From: Hormiphora californensis
Taxonomy: Eukaryota > Animalia > Ctenophora
DNA length: 64,000 nucleotides
Reading direction: 5' to 3'
NCBI GenBank assembly: GCA_020137815.1
Contig: CM035360.1
Span: 5,766,001 to 5,830,000 of the forward strand
In this document: piece by piece, positions 58,889 to 64,000 of the stretch
Position numbering within the stretch: the stretch's first letter is position 1
Layout: each line of letters opens with the position of its first letter
Notes under the pieces: generated by a model
Databases searched by the model: none
What the model was told of the DNA's origin: nothing
The model's input: only the letters and a program-made list of their open reading frames with translations
Program-made: the position numbers and the translations under genes

Positions 58889-61800
58889 TCACTCATCATC
58901 TGAGACCGGGTGTGGTACTATTTCATCACATCTCGTCTCTACCTGACTACTGCAGCCCTCCTCTCTATCCGGACCTTGTTCTACCACACCAATACAATCC
59001 GGACAATTAGGTCCCCCAATATTACTATCATCTTCCTCTGTCACCTCACGACTCTCACCACCCAATACCACTAGAGGGATATCATTACTCGGACTGATGT
59101 GGACCTTCCTTTTCTGAAACCGAGACTTTAATAAGTCCAGCAGTAACGTTGCTACACTAAGGTAGATAGTGATAGGTCCGAGCACTACAACTCCCCACCA
59201 CCCATCGAATTGGACTAACTTTGCGACTAATATGTAGCAATAGTAACCGGCTAGTAGCAAACCCCTTAGACACAGACACTTCTTAGCTTTGTACAGGCTT
59301 GTACAGGTTGCCAGGAGCAACATTGGTAAGATGACTCCACCGGTGGTTACCATGGTAACCATCGTGTCTGATACAAACTGACAGTGTGACCCCGGGTGCT
59401 CACTGAAAAACTCAATGTCACCATGCCGATTAGTAAACAGTGACCTAAGAATTGGTTTCAATGTTTCCCAGCTCCGTGCCTCCCTAATTCGGCCCATTAC
59501 ACGACTTATCATACCAGTTATCTCCCGCTTGTCAAATGTTCTAAGCAGCTCGGCAGTGTTGGAGATGTAGACTCGTGATATAAAGTTATCGCTAGGTACC
59601 ACCAATGGCAGAACAGCTACTAGGATGGATACCATGGTTACCAGGACCTGTAGACCAATCAGTTTCCTACAGTCCCTGGTAAGGACAGATCGTGCAGTGA
59701 GCGAGAGGACGGTCATTACAGTCCCTGTGGAGTGTATTGCACTGAGGACCCAGCACATTTTGGTGCTTGTCCAAGGGTGACTCCGCTTGCACGGGTCCGC
59801 TGGACCATATTCGAATCCACCCAGAGCGGTCAAATGGAGACCAGTAAAGAATCCACCAAGCAGAAATATTGTGTCTAGGGGGTGGTGTCTGAATCTTCTG
59901 GAACCCCACCCGGTTACAGTTACTAACACTTGGATTGACCCCATGGTAACCATGATAACAGCATCCGAGTCTCCTGGACAACCACACTCATCTTGACGAC
60001 CCGGGCAGTCGATAACTCCATCACACAGCGCTATGAGGGGAATTCTGTCGGTTGCAGTACCAGGACACAGATACCCGTTCTCACAGTTCATCTCGTCACT
60101 ACCGTCCAGACAGTCGTCTAGAACATCGCAAACCTGCAAGGAATAAAGTTGAAACTCACTGCAGGAGTCGATTAGCCGGCCTGAAGATGTTTTTATTATT
60201 ATTAGGGTGTAAGAGCAATTAATGTTTATCACATATACCTGGTAGAGGGGGATGCACCTTCCATTGCTGCAAGGAAATATCATCCTAGTGTAGTGTGCAT
60301 TACCAGGGGTATTACTGGTCCTCAGAAGGGACGTTATCTCATTATTATCAGATATGGACAGGACATGTCTCCCCATCTCGTTAGAACATGTCCACCGGGG
60401 GAGTGGGAGAATAGGGCAGGTGAGATTATTATCATCTCTACAGGATAACATGATATAATGCAGGCTGTATGCTAGGCGGTGATCATTGAACAGTTGCTCA
60501 TGGGGTTGAATCATGAAAAACTGCTCGGTCATCTGGAAGTCAGTTCTAGGCATCATTTCGAGCGTCATGATAACACACCAGTCTTCAACGCCGAGTTGAA
60601 ATCGGAGGTGCCTGATGCCACGTATGCACATGGGTGATATGTAGCCACTACGCTCTGTTAACACGGTGCTCAGTATGGCAAATCGAAATGGTAAAACCCG
60701 TGTTGCACAACCTATCTCTCCCTCGCATTTCAACATTTCCCTACAGTCGTCTGGTTTGTTGACGACATCAAAGTTCCAGGGATAATTTCCACACGTCGCC
60801 ATTACTCCTTCATCAATACCTTCAATACAATCCACAACCCCATCATTAACCAACTTCTTCAAGATCGGTCTGGTCCCTCCCATCCTCATCCTACAGGAGT
60901 GATCTTGCAACACCTCACTGCATCCTACCTCATCTGTTCCATAGGGGCAGTTCCATTCACCATCACACATCTCACCCTTGTGTACAACACACCCTGGTTC
61001 CACCTCCTCGCACAATCTATCATAGCCATCATCACATAAAGAGTAGTTCCTACAGAGCGCTAGTCGGGACAATACCACTGGGTACCCCTCCATGGTACAC
61101 GTTAGGACTCTATCTGCCGGTCTGGTACAGTTCACATAATCTCTTCCATCATCACAGATCCGGAGAGAGGTCTGTGGGCTACACTTGTGTTGCTCTGTTA
61201 GGGTTCTATTCCAAGGGTTGAACATACACCACCCCACAGGATCATCTCCACATCCTACCTCATCTTCACCATCCATACAATCAGCTAGTTGATCACAGAT
61301 ATCAGTGTCTGGAATCAGTGTTTTGACCCCGCTGATAGTGCTGTTACACCATAACCCAACACTCCTATCTCCATCCGACTGACACGTGCTCTCGTCTTTA
61401 CAATCAGCACAGTCACACACCCCATCACACACCCGGGAACCGTGGATGCGGTGTGTAGAGTTGTAGTCACACGAATACATCTCAACCTCACATGCCTCGT
61501 CATCATAAACTTTACATTCCCGGACCCCGTTACATTCCCGATTCCGCATGGACCGACCTCCCCTCGCGTAATCCCTGGATTCATCAATCAACTCGCACAC
61601 TGCCCCACCACATAGAGCCTCCTCTCCTGTTAGTGTGTTCCCTGGGGGACTCTTGCAGTGCCCGCAGGCCTGGTAGAACTTGGGATCGTTGGGACAACGG
61701 AACTGTGGGGGACCGAGAGGGTTAGTTGGGACAGAGGGGAGTCAGTTGGCCCATCTTAATTGAAGAGGGGGAAGGAGGGGGTAGATTAGTCGTAATATAT

Positions 61801-62550
61801 GGAAAGTTTGACAATCAGATCGTGAATTTGCGAATATTTTATAGTACGAAAGTTTTACACAGCTCTTTTATCTGCCGAACTTTCACAGAGTGTGAGCCAC
61901 ACAAACACAGCTGTATCAGCTATTTTAACAAGACAATATAGGGACTACTGAATCCCGAGAAGAGAAGACCCGAGTACCAATTGCAATATTAGTGAAGGGC
62001 ACCTTGGGATTAGTGATAGTATTGTGTAACCACCCCCCGAGTACCCCCCCCCCCCTATTACCTGGTATTATTGAATTTATTGGGTACCTGGTATACAGTT
62101 GAAGGACAAGATCCATCCAACTGATTCTCCTCAAGATTACTGGAAATATCATATGCATCAATAATGATACCATACAGGCTCAAGCCGTTGGGACACTTAT
62201 AATAATATTGATCAATACCGGCATTACACCTCAGTTTCACGAACCGTCCCGTGGATATATCCCCTAGTTCCACTAGCTCACAGGTGTCCCAGGACAATAC
62301 AAACGGGGCAACTGCAATTTAGGGTAGTTGTTAGAATGTCAATAATTAAATCTAATAAATCGAATATTAAATAGAGTCGACACCATGGTTCGGAACACGC
62401 CGCGAGACTCTAACAGATCTCCGTCGAGTATTACAGTTGTTAGAAAGTAACAATATTCAGACATTATGTAAATTAGTTAATAGGAACGTTTTTCTCACCT
62501 GTAGTCACGGATACAATCACAAAGAAAAATCCAAAGACAAGAAAATTCAT
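58889..62550 (-). CDS. LDL-receptor class A repeat-containing rhodopsin-type GPCR (GRL101-like, no LRRs, divergent TM region)
   Basis: Signal exon 62499-62550 (MNFLVFGFFFVIVSVTT), exon ~62088-62311, many LDLa motifs (VCDGVCDCADCKDESTC, CDQLADCMDGEDEVGC, CDVLDDCLDGSDEMNC) and C..HPWTSTKMCWVLSAI TM3. Stop-free 105-nt intron at 60134-60238; apparent frameshift ~61603. Confidence 0.85.
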
Positions 62551-63061
62551 TTTAAATTAAATTCGTAGATCGTTGAAATGCAGTTCAGTAAACATTAAAT
62601 TATGTAGCGCTAAAATTTAACGCAACCCTTTTGTTTTGTCACAATAGCGTTGCGTTAAATTTTAACGCTATTCAACTTATATTTTGTTCTAACCCTCTTG
62701 GCTCCTTTAAAATCTGAGAGGCGGGGCATTGTGAGAGAGCTGGTTCGAGTGAATTTTATTAAATGCACCCTTTATACTTCATAACGGAATCTTGATTTCT
62801 TGAATCTTGAACAATCTGAACTTTTAATAAATTTAAATTGCTGTGAGAGATCATTTAAAACAAAATCAATTACGCTGTACCGGTACGCGGTTATTACCCA
62901 CTTTTTAAATCGATTCTAGCATGTTGAATTTCCATCTGCAGTATCACGGGTTGGTTGGTAGATTCTAACGGGACATATGTGTAGCGTGTACACTGTACAC
63001 TTCCTAGTATGTTGCTATGGGAACCCATTTGAGAATCCATTATATCGACATATTGTTTCAG

Positions 63062-63936
63062 GTGCTGACATGTCGACGGTGAAAGCAGATGTGTTTGAAC
63101 GGCACTTTATAGCAGATAGAAATGGTGCAGCTCAATCAGAGGCCGGGGCCCTAACTACTGATCAGACACTTTCTCAGACACTTTCTAAGACACTTTCTAA
63201 GACACCTTGTGCGACACCTACCCAGGCGCAATGTGATACAGCTCCTCAGCCGGTAGAGACTGACATCTCGCAGTCGGTCATCTCACAGCAGCCTGTTGAC
63301 AGTAAAAGACACCAGGACCCTGACTCAGTAAGAAAGGAGACAACAACCTCTCAACTACCCGACCACCCTCCCCCTGCAGCCAACGTTCAACGACCAGCTC
63401 TAAAACTGAGACAAGAAGTCCCTTCTACAAAAACCTCAACTACAGTACCCCCTACTTCTACATCAGTCCCAACAGATCCCATAACACCGGATCAGGTCAC
63501 ATCATCCAGAGCGTCACCAGTAACACCTGACCTCTCACCTGTCCGTTCCCTGTCAACCTCACCTCTCAGACTACACTCTCAGCCACCTATAAAGGAGAGG
63601 CCAGCATCCAGTGAAAGTTTGTCAGAGAATAATACAACCAGATCTGTTTCCATGGCAACAGCGGGCACATCTTCACAAATAGCTGGGAATGGAACTCGAA
63701 ATATCAAGCCACTCCAAGAAGAGGGTGCCAAAACAGACTCCATACCCATTCGTGAACCAGACGAAACACCCGCTCCCAGTTCATCCAGCTCTTCCAAACG
63801 GACCAATATCCACACAACGAATGCCGGTGCATCTGCAGTTTTTACACGACCGGAGTTAGTTGTTGAACTACCTGGGGAACAGAGGACACTATGTCAGCAA
63901 AACATCAGACTTGAACCAATCGAAGCAGAAAAACCG
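63062..63936 (+). CDS. Ser/Thr/Pro-rich low-complexity exon (downstream exon of the RRM gene, or start of a separate gene)
   Basis: Acceptor tgtttcag|gtgctgac, open frame to ccg|gtaata. Phase 1 matches the donor at 58796. Confidence 0.65.
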
Positions 63937-64000
63937 GTAATATTAACAATTCTTTAACAACTCATTACATCCACTACATCGCTATGCCCAGTGCCCACTG

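Overview
Eukaryotic (animal) genomic DNA with compact GT-AG multi-exon genes, (CT/GA)n-rich introns and many small DNA transposons. Gene content and style suggest a ctenophore or similar non-bilaterian; this is an inference only. 1-~7530 is an indel-ridden second copy of 14531-21397. 8343-14809 holds a tightly packed minus-strand trio, WDR48, MRGBP and MTX2. Next come a TA-flanked palindromic MITE and a near-complete LOA/R1-group LINE (APE-RT-RNase H) interrupted by a non-autonomous Helitron. 21555-31055 is a PDZ-less LAP (Scribble/Erbin/Lano-family) LRR gene with two possible C-termini, followed by a 4-EF-hand calbindin/secretagogin-like gene. 37334-53305 is a minus-strand coiled-coil gene whose 11-kb intron holds a 1.28-kb palindromic TTAA MITE and a whole antisense secreted-protein gene. 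The last intron of that nested gene is a 34-bp satellite carrying a CR1 insertion. A nested TE stack follows (two Helitrons, a hAT MITE and other MITEs inside one perfect TIR pair), then an RRM gene that probably hosts an antisense LDLa-GPCR gene. Best novelty candidates are a high-copy 25-80 bp micro-element family with offset direct repeats, a GCGAAGC-hairpin micro-MITE, operon-like trans-splicing architecture, nested genes and the switchable LAP tail. Several conserved genes carry single frameshifts that are most likely consensus errors. Exon structures were read by eye, and boundaries may be off by a few bases.
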